DNA of 64,000 nucleotides from Antedon mediterranea (Eukaryota > Animalia > Echinodermata): positions 5,699,812 through 5,763,811 of the forward strand of contig NC_092675.1 in assembly GCF_964355755.1 (NCBI RefSeq), read 5' to 3'. Positions 1-13,700 of the stretch are shown here, piece by piece. Below the pieces are notes generated by a model. It worked only from the letters and a program-made list of their open reading frames with translations. It was not told the origin of the DNA and did no database searches. The position numbers and the translations under genes are program-made. Each line of letters starts with the position of its first letter. Positions within the stretch are counted from its first letter, which is position 1.

Positions 1-3000
1 ATCTTTAATTTATAATTATCTTTAATTTATAATTGCCAAGTTTATAAGCAATGTTCCTTGAGTAATATAGTTGTCCTACTGTTTGTGTGTTCCTGTATGT
101 TGCTAAGTGCAGACGTGTACTCTAAAAGTGCTTTAATGTATTTTAATTTTGTGATAATAATTCATGAAAATATTAATTTAAAAAATCATAATTGATGATG
201 CTAATAATAATAATTTTATTAATTAAATGAAACATAGGGTTACATAAGCCTCAAGTAATTAATAGATATTAAAATCCAAAATTTTAAAAGCTTTTTGTGA
301 AATTGAGTTGTAATTATAATTATATACTGTATGTATATAATAATTACTGCTATACTACCATTTCATCTCTACAGAGTTTTATGTCTTTTAAACGTGACTT
401 TAAAAGACTATAACATAATTGATCAGTCATAATTCAAAACATGTTTCTAATTTATTTTATCAATAACTAATGTAAGAGTGATGAAATCATGGTAGATTTA
501 CTTTTTCTGTACATGATAATTTGTAGTTTTTTTTAAGCCCATACATTCCATACTAGCTAGATCTAAATCAAAGTTAGACAGAAGAATACTATATATTTTA
601 CAAATATAGGATAGTGAATCAAATCCTTATTAGTGCTTGACACAAAGCTAGATTTATTGTAATAGCTAAAATTAAATTACTAGCCTAGGTTTTTACTAGA
701 CAATGTACTCTGTGCTAGTAGTAAGTTAAAAAAAAATATACTAATACAGTGAATAGTGATAGATGATTGAAACATCACAAGTTAGTAAAAATAAGTTGGA
801 AAGCAGAGTTAATTGCAATCAAGTTGAATCAATATCAATTCTGCAGGGTCTCCTCCTTAAAGTACAGTAGACATATTTACACTTGTAATCGTTGTATATA
901 CGTAAAACCACGGATTCATATATCATCTGCGTGCCAAATTCTAATTCTGTGACGCATCTTAAGATATGATAATTACCATCGTTGAATGTGTTGTTGATTT
1001 TTTTTCTTAACCGCCAGAGAATGTTTGTCCATAAGTGTTTTAACAATTCAATTTCAAAATGTTATAATGCGGTGGAGTCGTGCAGAGCTATATTGGATTA
1101 TCTCGACTGCTTTTATGTATTTCAGCCATCACTGTGAAGATTTAGAACATGCTTTCTGAATGTTGTTAGTGCTGCTAGATGACTAATATGGATTGTCGAA
1201 ATGTAAATACAGTATATGCAAATTAATGTTAGAATTTTTACCTAAAAACCTACATATTTAATTTTCTTTTTTTTTGTAATGAATATTCATTAGCTGAAGT
1301 TACTGTATCTTCATGTCTCTTCCTTTTCAGTAGCTATACTAACCTATATTGAGTATATTGCAACCAATGCCGTGAGCTTCATTCTTATTCAGGATAATTT
1401 AGCAGATAACATCGATTCATAGCTGAACTCGCACTCATTATGACGTGGGATAACTCATCAGACTTTATTGAAAACCATAAAGTACAATTAGTTTTCTATA
1501 AGTGGCCATTCACTGTCAGGCTGGTAGCATTTACAATCATTATAATTTGTACCAGGTTTTTCTTATTTTTTTTGTAGAATAACATAAATTGATGCAGTAT
1601 CATATTGATTCAGATAAGCCCATCCTTGGATACAAGCCCATCCTTATTAGGACATAAGTAGCTCATCCTTGGGTTTAAGCCCATCCTTCTACCATATATT
1701 TCCACCTTCCGTTGCTAAGCTCATATTTGTCATATGTTGCTCCTCGAGACTAAGGATGTGCCTTGTGAGGAGCCTCTGGGTGAAATATTGAATTTAAAAA
1801 AGAAAAAGCCCATCCTTGTGTATGTCCCCACCATAGGAATTGTAGTAGTCACACATATGTCATTAGTTCACAATTGTTTTTAAATTTCTTTGCTTCACTC
1901 CACCATCAGGTCTATAAAAAGATAGGTTCCTTTTAAGCATTAAGCATTTTATTATCTAATATAAGCATAATTAATTGTTTATTTACAGAAAGTATGCAAA
2001 ACTATATTTGGAGCAAAAAGAATGGATAAAATGGAAAGAAAATGGCACAATACAGTAGTCAAAAACTGACTTTATCCAATTGTAGTTACTTTTTATTCTC
2101 ATAGAAATCATGACATGTTGAGACTCAAAGGAATCTATATAAATGTTCCACTAATCTTTATAAATGTTAGTCAATTAGTTTTTTGTTCCACCTATACAAT
2201 ATCTGTCAGAGGAAAATAGAGCTTACAAAATAAAAAAGATTTATATATTTAAAAAGTCAATCATGCCTAAACTCATGGCCTTAAGCTTATGTACAAAATA
2301 TGTAAATATATCCACCATATAATGTAGTTATTGGAAACCGTATAACCGTACAAATTCATTAAAATTATGAAAGCCAACAGCAGTTGTAAACTTATACAAT
2401 TATATACACAATGTTAAATGTAAAGTCATTAAATTTATATTATTAAAAGTGCCAAAACGATTCTCCTTGCGACCATTTGCGTGATAGTACATATAACCTC
2501 CAATTATCCTCAAATCAAGAGGAATTTTCCAATATTAGAAATCGGTGAAACAGCAGCTGATTTAATGAAGTGCTCAATGTCATGGTTCAAACACTGACGA
2601 GCTTATCTTTATTCTGTACTTATTAGCTGTCTTGATTTGATAGATTGAATAGAATATTGGCAATGTTTCTGGCAAAACCACTTAACGAATGCCGAGCAAC
2701 AAATACAAAAATTCAAACATCACCTTAATAATCATTGTTCTAAGAATATTGACCTTTTCAGAATTTATTAACATTTACAAATTTTTTTTGTATTTTGGTA
2801 TAGTTTTTTGAACTTTATATTTCATAATCGTAGAGAAATTATGTGAACCACTTTGGCTAATGGTTTTATTAAAAGATAATTTTGTGTAGCACAGTCCTAT
2901 AGTAAACATTGTATATAATAAACAACACATTCTCACTGTTTGAAAGTTTAAAAATACCGTAGAAGAAAGTTGTTCATTGATTTCCTCCCAAATAGGGATT

Positions 3001-3794
3001 CTTTTCTGAAGGAGAGGTCCACTGTATAATTTAGTTAATTTAATATTGTTCATATGTAGCTTAGTGATAAATTATTTACATGGATCTTCAAATTACTTTA
3101 TTATCCTCCTCCTCTCACAAATCAAAATTATCTTTATTAAGAAAAACTAATTAAAATCTGTTGGAAGTTATTAGTAGTTGCTACGGAGAAGGGTAATATA
3201 GCATTATTTTCCTGTGTACCCTGTGTTATGTGTTTGTATGGATGATACTATTATTATTATTACGGGTTTGTGTTTATTGATTACAAGCTAAGTTCATCTA
3301 CTGTAATCCCACCTTTTTTCAGCATTTCTTTTATATAATTCCAAGACATTTATTATAATTTATTTTATTTGATTAGTTATTTTTCCATTCATATTAGCAA
3401 TATTTGTGCAGGCATCATGTTATGTGAAGTTAAATTGATTTTTTTTCTAAAGCTATCTTTAGAAATGTGTCAGAGGCTTGTTATGAGAGTCCTCCCAACT
3501 TGTTTGTTTTTGTCGGAGCGGCAAGTTAAAACGTGTCATCAATTGATTATCCGGAAGTGGTTTTGAAATAATGAAAGAAAATGTCACACATACTTGGCTA
3601 TAATTACAAACAATAAAGCAATGAATAGAACATATGAAATTCTACGGGGAAAATATTAAAAACAATAGTATAAACAATTAGTTTATTTGTAAAATTAGAA
3701 AAGTCATTTTTATTTGCTTATTTTATGAGATGATGCATGAATATTGTGCTTTGATTTTTAGTAAAAGTACACTGAAATTTAATTTTATACTTAA

Positions 3795-4323
3795 AGCCCC
3801 ATTCCCTCCTTTTTTTAGATCTAATTTAAGATCACAAACTATATTTAATGTAAAAATAATACTATATGATCCTATTGCGATAACTTTTTTCGTCTTTAAA
3901 CGGTTAAAAATGTGAAAAATAAGTCGATTCTAATAATTATAGCGGCCCGCTATAAATCCCAAAATGCATTGCGCGCGGATTGATATTTTTGTTTTTCACC
4001 TGTAATTCGCCCACTTTTCGATCGATGGTGAGGCCAAAACAAATGGAAGACTCATAACTTTTCAGCGAAAATACCTGGTTTACGTACGTTACCGATGTTT
4101 ACCAGCTAGGCCTACAAAACTAAGCCTAGCTAGGCTAGGCCTAAGACCGTCCACGAGAGGTCGATCGCCGCGAGCTACTTAGGTAGTGCATTGTTTCTCA
4201 CTTTTTATCATAATTTACCATAAAACGTACATTTAAGACAAGGAATGACATGGTTTAATGTTTTTAAAGTGATATATATGTATTATTTTCCAAAAAACGT
4301 CCAAAATTGCAGGGAAGGGGTCT
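3795..4323. mobile_element. Non-autonomous DNA transposon (MITE), Kolobok-like
   Basis: TTAA at 3791-3794 and 4324-4327 flanks imperfect TIRs AGCCCCATTCCCT / AGGGAAGGGGTCT (11/13 match); AG...CT termini; no ORF. Confidence 0.6.
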
Positions 4324-4740
4324 TTAAGAAAAATAGTGACTGTATAGTTAACCATAACTAGTTAGACATTATACTTATTAATTTCCTATTTATTATTTTA
4401 AAATTTCTAATTATTATTTTAATAATTTTTATTTAGATATAGTTCATTTATTAGTTTGTAATCTGCTTTTTCTTGTTTTATTCAAGTTTAGAAAAATTAC
4501 AACTGACATATATTTGTTATTGTTGGTATACTACATTATTTTTTTTCCAGATCACTTTTGTTCTGTCCAAATCAATTACTGAATATAGATGTATTGTGCA
4601 TGATTGTGCATAAATTACAAACATACTCAATAAGCACATCAAGTTTAGCCCATCATCAAAATAATGTTTTAATTTGTTGTACTGTATTATAAATATCTGA
4701 CAAGGTTCAAACATGACATATTTTTATCGTCTTTCTGTAG

Positions 4741-7700
4741 ATGTATGTGCAGTGAACTGTTACAATGGAGGTACCTTGAACGATAAAAAATGCAACTGCG
4801 CTTGCCCAGAAGGATTCATTGGAGAGTTTTGCGAAAATTCAGATATAGTAACAACAAAAGCACCACCAGCTTGTGACGGAATGTCATGTGGTGATTACGG
4901 TACACTTAATGAAACAAGGTAAACATAACTGTATTGTGCAATACCTCTGTTTCGAAATCCATCTGAATTTTCTCTACCTTTTGTATAATTAATGAATGAT
5001 TGCAAAACAGGAGTATTCATATGTTTATATTATAGTCTTATCATTCGGGATCGAAATATACATATTAAAATTTACCTTTACAAGGTCAAAAATACTACTC
5101 AGACAAGTAATGTACATAATTGCTAGTATATCAATACATTATGTATTAACATTTAGACATTTCTCTTTTACCTGGGCAGTGCAAGTCCCAAAACTACTAC
5201 AAGTTCTGTACTTTGGCAATAATGACATGACATTTTATTTCAGTTGTACCTGTAAGTGCCAAAAGTATTACTCAGGCAAGTACTGTACAGAGGATGACAC
5301 GCCCCCACCGTGTACGCTTCAGTGTGTAAATGGCGTACTTGATCGTGACAATTGTAGCTGTAATTGTGATCTGATGTACACAGGCCGTACTTGTAACAGT
5401 GAGTTTTTATTTAATTCATGTTGGCTGTCTAAAAAATTGGGAACTGTTATTTAGAGTTTTCTAATAATTCTTCATCTAGAAAATGGATTTTTCATTTTAG
5501 TTAGAAATACTACCTATTATCCCTCTCATCAATAATTTAAATGGAATAGTATTTTTCAATTATTGATAAACAGTTTTAAACTGTTCTAATAGAGATTAAA
5601 AATGCAAATATTTATTTTGATAAGTTTAAGAATATTAAATATTAATCTGATAAAAACCAACTCAATTTTGATAAACCTTTCAGGGAATCCTGAATCCTGA
5701 ACATCACCATAGCATAATATATTATTACAGTTATCGTGTCTGTGTTTCTGTCTTTGGGAAAACCTACACCTACGTGAAAAATGGATGTTTATAAAGAGGA
5801 AATTACAGTGCATTAACAAAAACATTTCTAATTGTTTGTTAATATCATTATAAGTAATATTGTTTTATTTTTAGAAAAAGATGAGAAGCCTTGCAGTAGA
5901 CCAGATATTTGTCTTAATGGAGGAACGTGTTATGCAACAAACAATAATGATGTTATTGAGTTGTGCTAGTAAGTTTATCAATCATTTTATTGCATCATGT
6001 TCCTTGAATTTTCATTTTGGTTCTATGTACATTTGCTGATGTAGCCACATTTATAATTATAAATTCAATTCAATATCTACCAAATGAAAAAAAAAATTAA
6101 AATTTCTATAAACCATAGAAATACTCTATGCATAAAAAGATGTATAAAACATATTTTTATACTCTTATGACTAAAAGACAAATGTTGCCGGTAATGGCTA
6201 GCTAGCTTATGTACAAAGTATAGGTCTCATTTGCTGTATTGTTATGGGAAATCTTATGTATCGCTAAAATGAAAGCTTACATGCATGTTTAATTTATATA
6301 TTCAGTTCTAAATTTCAGTGTGAACTGATGATTATTGCCTCTTATTTTCAGGTGTAAAATCGGTAATATATGGAGATGATACTTTTTATTGAACCAAATA
6401 CATATCAGATTTTTGTTGTATATATTATAATATATATGATATGATATTATATATACAGTAGATGACAAAATTGTCCTTGATATTGTGAATTGCAGTTACT
6501 ATTATGATAGTTATTAAATGCAAACAACATAAGTTAATTTCAATCACTACATTTTTCTTCAGCTGTCCTGATGGGTATTCTGGTAATAATTGTGGAATCA
6601 AGAACTGTAATTTAAATTGTGGAGATCATGGAGAACTGATGACTGACCCTTGTAGTTGTGTTTGTGATAAAGGCTACAAAGGTGCCCTTTGTGATGGTAA
6701 GCGTTTTAATATATATAGTAAAAGATATATTTATTTGGAAACTACAATAGGATGTTTACATTTTGAAAAATATTTGAAATAAAAGAATGGTATTGTACTA
6801 ATCTTTCAAAGGTATAGCCACTTTATTGTGAAAATAGAAGATAAATTTATATATATATATATATATATAAACACAAGAGGCAAAGAACAATATTGAACCA
6901 CTTACACTGTTAAATCACATTTCAGTTCTTTTATGATGATTTTCCTAATAAATTCAAATCAAAAATCTTTTTAAGCTAAAAAAATTGGTTGAAATCCTCT
7001 GAAAAGATATATTATAATTGCGATAAAAATGTGTGCTATTTTGACAAATGACATTGATTTCAGACGAGATTGTAGCAACGCCAACCAACAGCTTTTTACA
7101 ACAGTGTACAGATGAAAACTATAACAAGAACTACTGCTTTAATGAGGGAACATGTTACGAGTTTATTAGCGATCCCAACAAACACTTGTGTTTGTAAGTA
7201 TTAAAATAAATTAGTTTTTACAGATATGTTATATAAATATTACAATATTTTATTTCAAAATAAATTTAAACAGTAAACAATTAAGCTTAAAATAATTTAT
7301 AAAAAGAGCCTTTACATTTAGAAAACATTTTAGCATCACTAAAATCATTTCGCAATAGACAGATTTTTATAAAACGACAGAATACCATTTAAAATAAACG
7401 TGCTGACACTTCTGTTAGTATAATTAATATAGCTAATATAATTATAATATATTTTTTATTATGAAACAGAATTGGTTTATCATTTTTGTTTACTAATAAT
7501 TAGCAGTTAATATAGATGCGGTAATAATACAAATTTTACAAGTAAATATTTTGGTATCTAGTATTTAACATTCTAACTTCAAAATTCATTAATATAATAA
7601 TGGTAATAATTCAATAATTAATTCAATCTTAATGAAAAACTCATTTTTTGTTATGTTTATTCTTTTTTTCATTGTGATGTGTTGTTATATTCAATTTAGT

Positions 7701-10700
7701 ACTGAACTCTAATTTGCCTTACATTGTTCATATATTGTCCATTAAAACTAAATAAAGTGTTTATACCCATTAAAAAATATATATATATTTGGAATACCCT
7801 AAAAATGAAGTTAAATTTCTATGATAATTTGTTCAATTTTAATGGACATTACATCATTAAGTGTTGTACTTTTGTACTGCACTTTTCTGTATTGCACTTT
7901 GCTTGTTGGTTCTGCACTAATTGTTGTTGTATGTTTCTCAATCTCATTTAAAACCATTTAAATCACTCATTTCAATAATTTGACAATTTCAAATGTGAGA
8001 AAAAATGTCTCTTCACCTTAAGTATTATTATTTTTCATTCAAATTTTGTTTTTAAATAATTACAAAATTAATCTAAAATGGTTATGAGTACAATTATAGA
8101 GGAAAAACTGCTTGTACTATTTGGAAAATCAATCGTCCAACTTTAATTTTTTTTTTTCAGTTATAAAAACATTTATTTACATTTATGTATCTCTTCCAAC
8201 ATAAAATCATTGTGATAAATTGTATTGTACATGTTTATACATCATCTTCAGTGCATGTCATTAAATGGAACATTTGCATGCTTTCCGTTTTTGTGTGCTA
8301 CATTACAATAGCATAATTGTTTACATAATAATCTCATTATGTAAATTGAATAGAATCTTTGTATTATCATAAACATATTTGCATGTCTTATTTCACATTA
8401 ATGCACTTTTTGCATGTGTTTCTTAATATTTTAGTTTATGGATTTAAAATATTTGTTTATATATTTATATATACTAATATTTGATAAAGGATATTTATAA
8501 TTTACATAGTTAATAATGCAGTAAAACATTTACAAGTTTAATTTAAGAAATACATATTTATATTTCATTCACTACTAATATTTATATAATAAAATTAAAT
8601 ATGTAAATGAACAGGCACATAACAAATTCTAAATCGCACGGTGATGTACTGAAAGTTAATTAATTTAGGAAAGATAAAGATGAGGAAGTATGTGAGAATG
8701 AGAAAAAGCTGCAACAACCGAGAATGACCTAACAAAGTAAAAATATTATTACATCCCGAATAATAATACAAAATTTAATATATATTTTTATATGTAAATG
8801 AATATTCATATTTAATTAGGTACATTGGTATGATTGATAAATCATTAGTCGAAGTGTCATTTTTCATACAAATTTGAAACTTTTATGTCACCTGTCATGA
8901 TAAAATTATGCTCAGCCATTGTGTACAACTGTTTTTATTTTCATTTTATGTTTTGACATTTGTCATGTTTTCAATATTATACTCCAAACATGAATTAAAA
9001 GAATATTCATAATTAAAGAAGAACAAAATTGTTAAATTTAAAAATAGACAATCAACAGTTTAAATTATAAATTATCGTATTTTTTAACGAAATACATCAA
9101 ATTTGTTAGTAAATTTAAAGAATGACATTCACGTTTCTGTTTTCTTACAGCTAAAAGTAATTGATGTGTCCCAAATAATTCTTTGCTTTCATTTTAAAAT
9201 TTCCGTATTCTTTACTTCTGGTCTTCTTAATTCAATATGAAATTTATAATAATATCACAGACATCATAATTATGTATCTACAAAGTGTAAGTATTTTTAA
9301 TGAAAAATATGTGTTAAATTGGCTGAGCATATCTTTTGATTGGCAGATGTCCAAATGGTGCGGAAGGGACGCGATGCCAACTCCTCACCACTAGTTTTGG
9401 TGACTGCCTTTGCCTCAACGGGGGCGTTTGTGTGCGCCATCCCGACGAGCAAAATGCTGTATGTTTGTGAGTACTGAGGCTATTGCTACGGATGTAGATT
9501 ACATCACTACTTTTCTTTTCTTCCGTGTGTTTCATTTCATTTACATCTTTTTTAAAATCTTAAATTTCATAAACCATATACCAACACTTTTGAATATTTT
9601 CAGTTTATTCCTTAAAATCATCTCTTTATTATATAAACAGCATTTAAGAAGAAGTAGCTTGTTCGCTTATTACATGAAAATCAATTTTCAAAAAAGTGTT
9701 AAATTGGTAGAGATTTAGAGTTTTATTTAGTTTTTGGAATCTTTTTCATTTATCCAATTTGCAACAGAATGTATGAAGCACTTCTCTTTCAAATTTATCA
9801 AAAATTTTGTAATTTCAATGTTTGCCTTGACAATCCACATCTTACTGTAGGGATAGTAAATTAAGGAAATGAATTACTGTGACATTCCTTTTACGTAGAA
9901 ACGAAATCAATTTACAACAAATTCCCAAACTGTCTAGATATAATCGGTTTACCCGTATCCCACTTAAAATCTTCAATGATGATATGAATGATAGATAATA
10001 ATAACATTATTTGTCTGTTTGATTTCAAATATTATAATCACCTGTTGTTTTTTTCAATTGAATAATTAGGAATTTACTTTCATTAACCACCAACACTAAC
10101 ATACTTCATAATGTTGAGTTCCACACTACATTAAATAAGTGAAAGTTTACATAGACATTTTCAGATATATTTTATATACTCCTTGTTGGAATATATCTTA
10201 AAATGGCAGGTTTAAAGTGTTTGTTTTTCATGGAGTGACTGTTTCTTGTATGTTTGGATACTTCTCTTGCTAGATATTCTCCTATGTATTTAAATGTAAA
10301 TTATGTACTTTTTCTTAACATATACATAATATTATTCCTGTTTGAACATTTAAGAATATGTTGAGAAAAATAGATATCATTTAACATTGTTTTTTTTAGC
10401 CATTTTCTTAAAAGCTAAATAATGTATTTTTGTACTAATACTGTAGTATACATTTAACATAAAATAACAAACAGATAACAATAAAGAGTTCAATATTTGA
10501 AAATAGTTACCATTTAAAAAGCTGAATACAGTTGTGAACTCTTTATTGTTTTATACTTCATTGATTAGTTCATCTTCTTATCATAATGACGCGAGTATAA
10601 GCCTGCCCCCTAATATTGAGTAATATAATGAAAACTAATTCTTCCTAGACGTTATACTGAAGTTTGTGTTTAGGGGTTAGGCTTATACTCGACTTGGTAA

Positions 10701-13700
10701 GGTTTTTAATTTGTTGACACATAATTAATTAACATAACATGTAGTGGTTAAATGTAATGAATTGCTTGTGCACTGATGCCTGTGTATGTTTGTCTCTGTT
10801 GTTTCCAGTTGCCCCGCTCCACACGGCGGCAATCGTTGCCAGCTAATTTTACCAGTTGACATAAAAGATGGTGAGAACGCCAATCATCAAAGTAAGTTTG
10901 TGCATGGAATGCGCACTTTTCTTATTTTATGTGTTTTGTTTTTTACCTCGTCTTGAAAATTTACTTACAGGTGTCTCAAAAACTTTATGGGTTTACGATG
11001 TGAATTGGTTAAAGCAGCCAAAACTTTCGATTGTAAGTAATTATCAGGCCAAGAAACTGCGTGACCTCTGAACCCTTCTCTTCATCAAAGCTGAGCTATT
11101 GTTAACAACCTCATCCATTTGATTCCTCTCAACTAGCAGTAAACTCACAGATGCAATAACAACTTTCCTCATCTCCTCTAGCGCTAATAGTTTTAGTAAT
11201 CATTTCTATTAACCATAACGCTTTTGTAGTTTTTCACAGGAATTTCACACAATTACATTCCAAATATGGAGTGTGATATTGCTTTGGAGCGGTTTGCTTG
11301 CTTTTTACATATTATATCCAACTTTGATCACTAAAAAAATTATTATTGAAATTACTAACCTTTGTTTCAATTGAAAAATAAAAACTTCCAAATATTATTA
11401 TACAGTAATTTGTTAAAACTTAAATTTTCAATGGTTGATTTTTACATGAATCATGTTGAAAGTAAATCAAAATTTAATCAGCTCATTGACATCATTAAAA
11501 ATGCATATAAGAGGCACGCCAAAGAGCATGGTGGGTAACCACTATTTAGAAGAGCCTAGGCCTGGTGCAAGTTTAACTTGATGTAAGAAATGTAGGCTGA
11601 CTTGGTGTTCTTGTCATGCCCAGCCTATGGACATCAAACTATCACAATTCTTGCAGTAAACTACATACTATTATATTTCTTCTCTTCTCATTCTTCATTA
11701 CCATGTAGTTAGAGAGCTCTTCCTTTATTGATCTATTCTTCATACTGAATCTAGAAACATCTTGCATGCATTTTTGCTATTTCTTTATAATAATACAGAA
11801 GAAATGTATTGAAATTAAGATTATAGTTTTAGACTAATATCTATTGAGTACACAAGATTCAGAAGCTCTAGCTGTAAACTGGTGACACCGTATGTTGAAA
11901 TGATTCCAACTTTGTGGAATGTTCCAACCAAAACCACCACCAATCTGTACTAGAGACATTGACAGCTTCTACATTCAGAAACCAACAAAATTCCAACTTT
12001 CCAAAACTCTTCAACTACTATATATAAAGAAATAGCAAAACTTTATCAACAATGTAAAATTTAATTTATTCAAAATTATGCATGAAATTTTGATAAAATT
12101 ATTAGTTTTTTGTCATACTGAATTTTTGATATCCACAAATCATTTTTTAAACAATTTGTAATTCACATTTACTGTATACTGTTATTATATGTCTTGGTGG
12201 ATTCAACCTATTAAATAATGTTAAACAACTCATAGTTTCTACTTCTAAGAAGGTAAACTTTTCTTGTATAAATTATACTGAATAAATATTTGTTATTTCC
12301 TACATTATATCTTTAAAGAAAAACCACTTTAACCAAAACTAACGCTGTAAAGCTTTTTGAATAAAATTTAAAACTCGTCTTTCTATGCCTTCTCTTCCCC
12401 ATAGCACGCGGAATTGTTTACTACTAAATTCTAAATTACAAATTAATAGTTGGTAGCAAACCTTTTAATAATAATACTTCTAAATTAATTTTTCTAGCTA
12501 ACAATTCTCGGTCATCAAATTGGAAATTCTAATCTCTTCTAGCTTAGCTAATGCATCAATAAGAGGTTGCCAGTTCCTTATCCAAATTCACCCCAATTGA
12601 ATTGCTTATAAAGTCAGAGGGTCTCTTTTTTGCCTTAACAAGCCAAATAATAATTTTTATATATATTATAATATATACAGTATTTAATATATGTAATATT
12701 ATGTTAATATATTTGTTTTAATCTATATATAAATTTACGTAAGGGCAAAATTCGGTAAATCGCGCCTTACTTCTAGAATTTTCACTCGATGGTATGTAAA
12801 GTTGGTTCGTACTTTCGGTACTGATTTTAACCGCCTGATGTAACCCTGTTTACTAATTAAATTGAGTTAGATAATTAGTTATTGACGATTAAAACGAATT
12901 TAGGTTCAACGATTTGCCCCAAATAGGGGTGTTTTCCGATCGTGGTATACACTGTCTAATGGATGTCCATCTTGAAAAATACCCGCCAAAAAAATGCGAG
13001 GAGGCTTCGCATTTTTCTATCTCCTCCTACGATAATTGTTTTTAATAGCTGAAAACCGGTTGAACAGCTAGAGTACACCATCATAATGTTGAAGACAGGC
13101 CGATTTTCTTTAAAAAATACTATTTTGATAGATTTAATATACGATTATACAAATGTATTGATTTGCGATGAATGGAACATCCCAATCTCTCAGTCTGCCA
13201 GAGTTTGGTTTAACACAAGTACTGTAGGTAAATTTATGAGCCCTTGGTTTAACACATACGGTAGGTAAATATATGGGCCCTTTGAGAATAAACTTGCAAT
13301 AGGTTCGGAAAATGTTAAAAACCAATTTATATTATTTGAATCGGTAAACAGTTTCCATTTATTATACATTGATAATGAAACATGAAATATTCCTATTTAT
13401 GTCCCTCGAGGTTCATTACAATTTATATTTAGTAGTCCCACGGACTTCATCTTAGCCACTCCCCCGAGTGCTAAGGCCAAATTTATGATACCCTACTTTC
13501 TATGTAAGTTTAGTTACAGTTAGTTCTTGACGATAATACAACGAATTTAGGTTACACCCTTCGGCCGCGAAAACGTTTCTGTACAAATATGATACCGATT
13601 GGCTTTATTTCATTCAACAGCGACCATAATCTCGCCAATTACAGGATAGATAAACTATTTTATTATTGATGTGCTTATAAATTAAGACTCATGTAAACAG

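Noticed and set aside
1-4700. 5' exons (signal peptide or Ig domain) of the EGF gene
   Set aside because: No convincing coding exon found; short ORFs look like AT-rich noise.
6352-6362. Possible extra acceptor (cttattttcag|gtgtaaa) as another EGF C-half exon
   Set aside because: Creates TAG with the upstream exon and lacks GxxC.
8615-8640. Possible phase 2-1 micro-exon
   Set aside because: No polypyrimidine tract and no cysteines.
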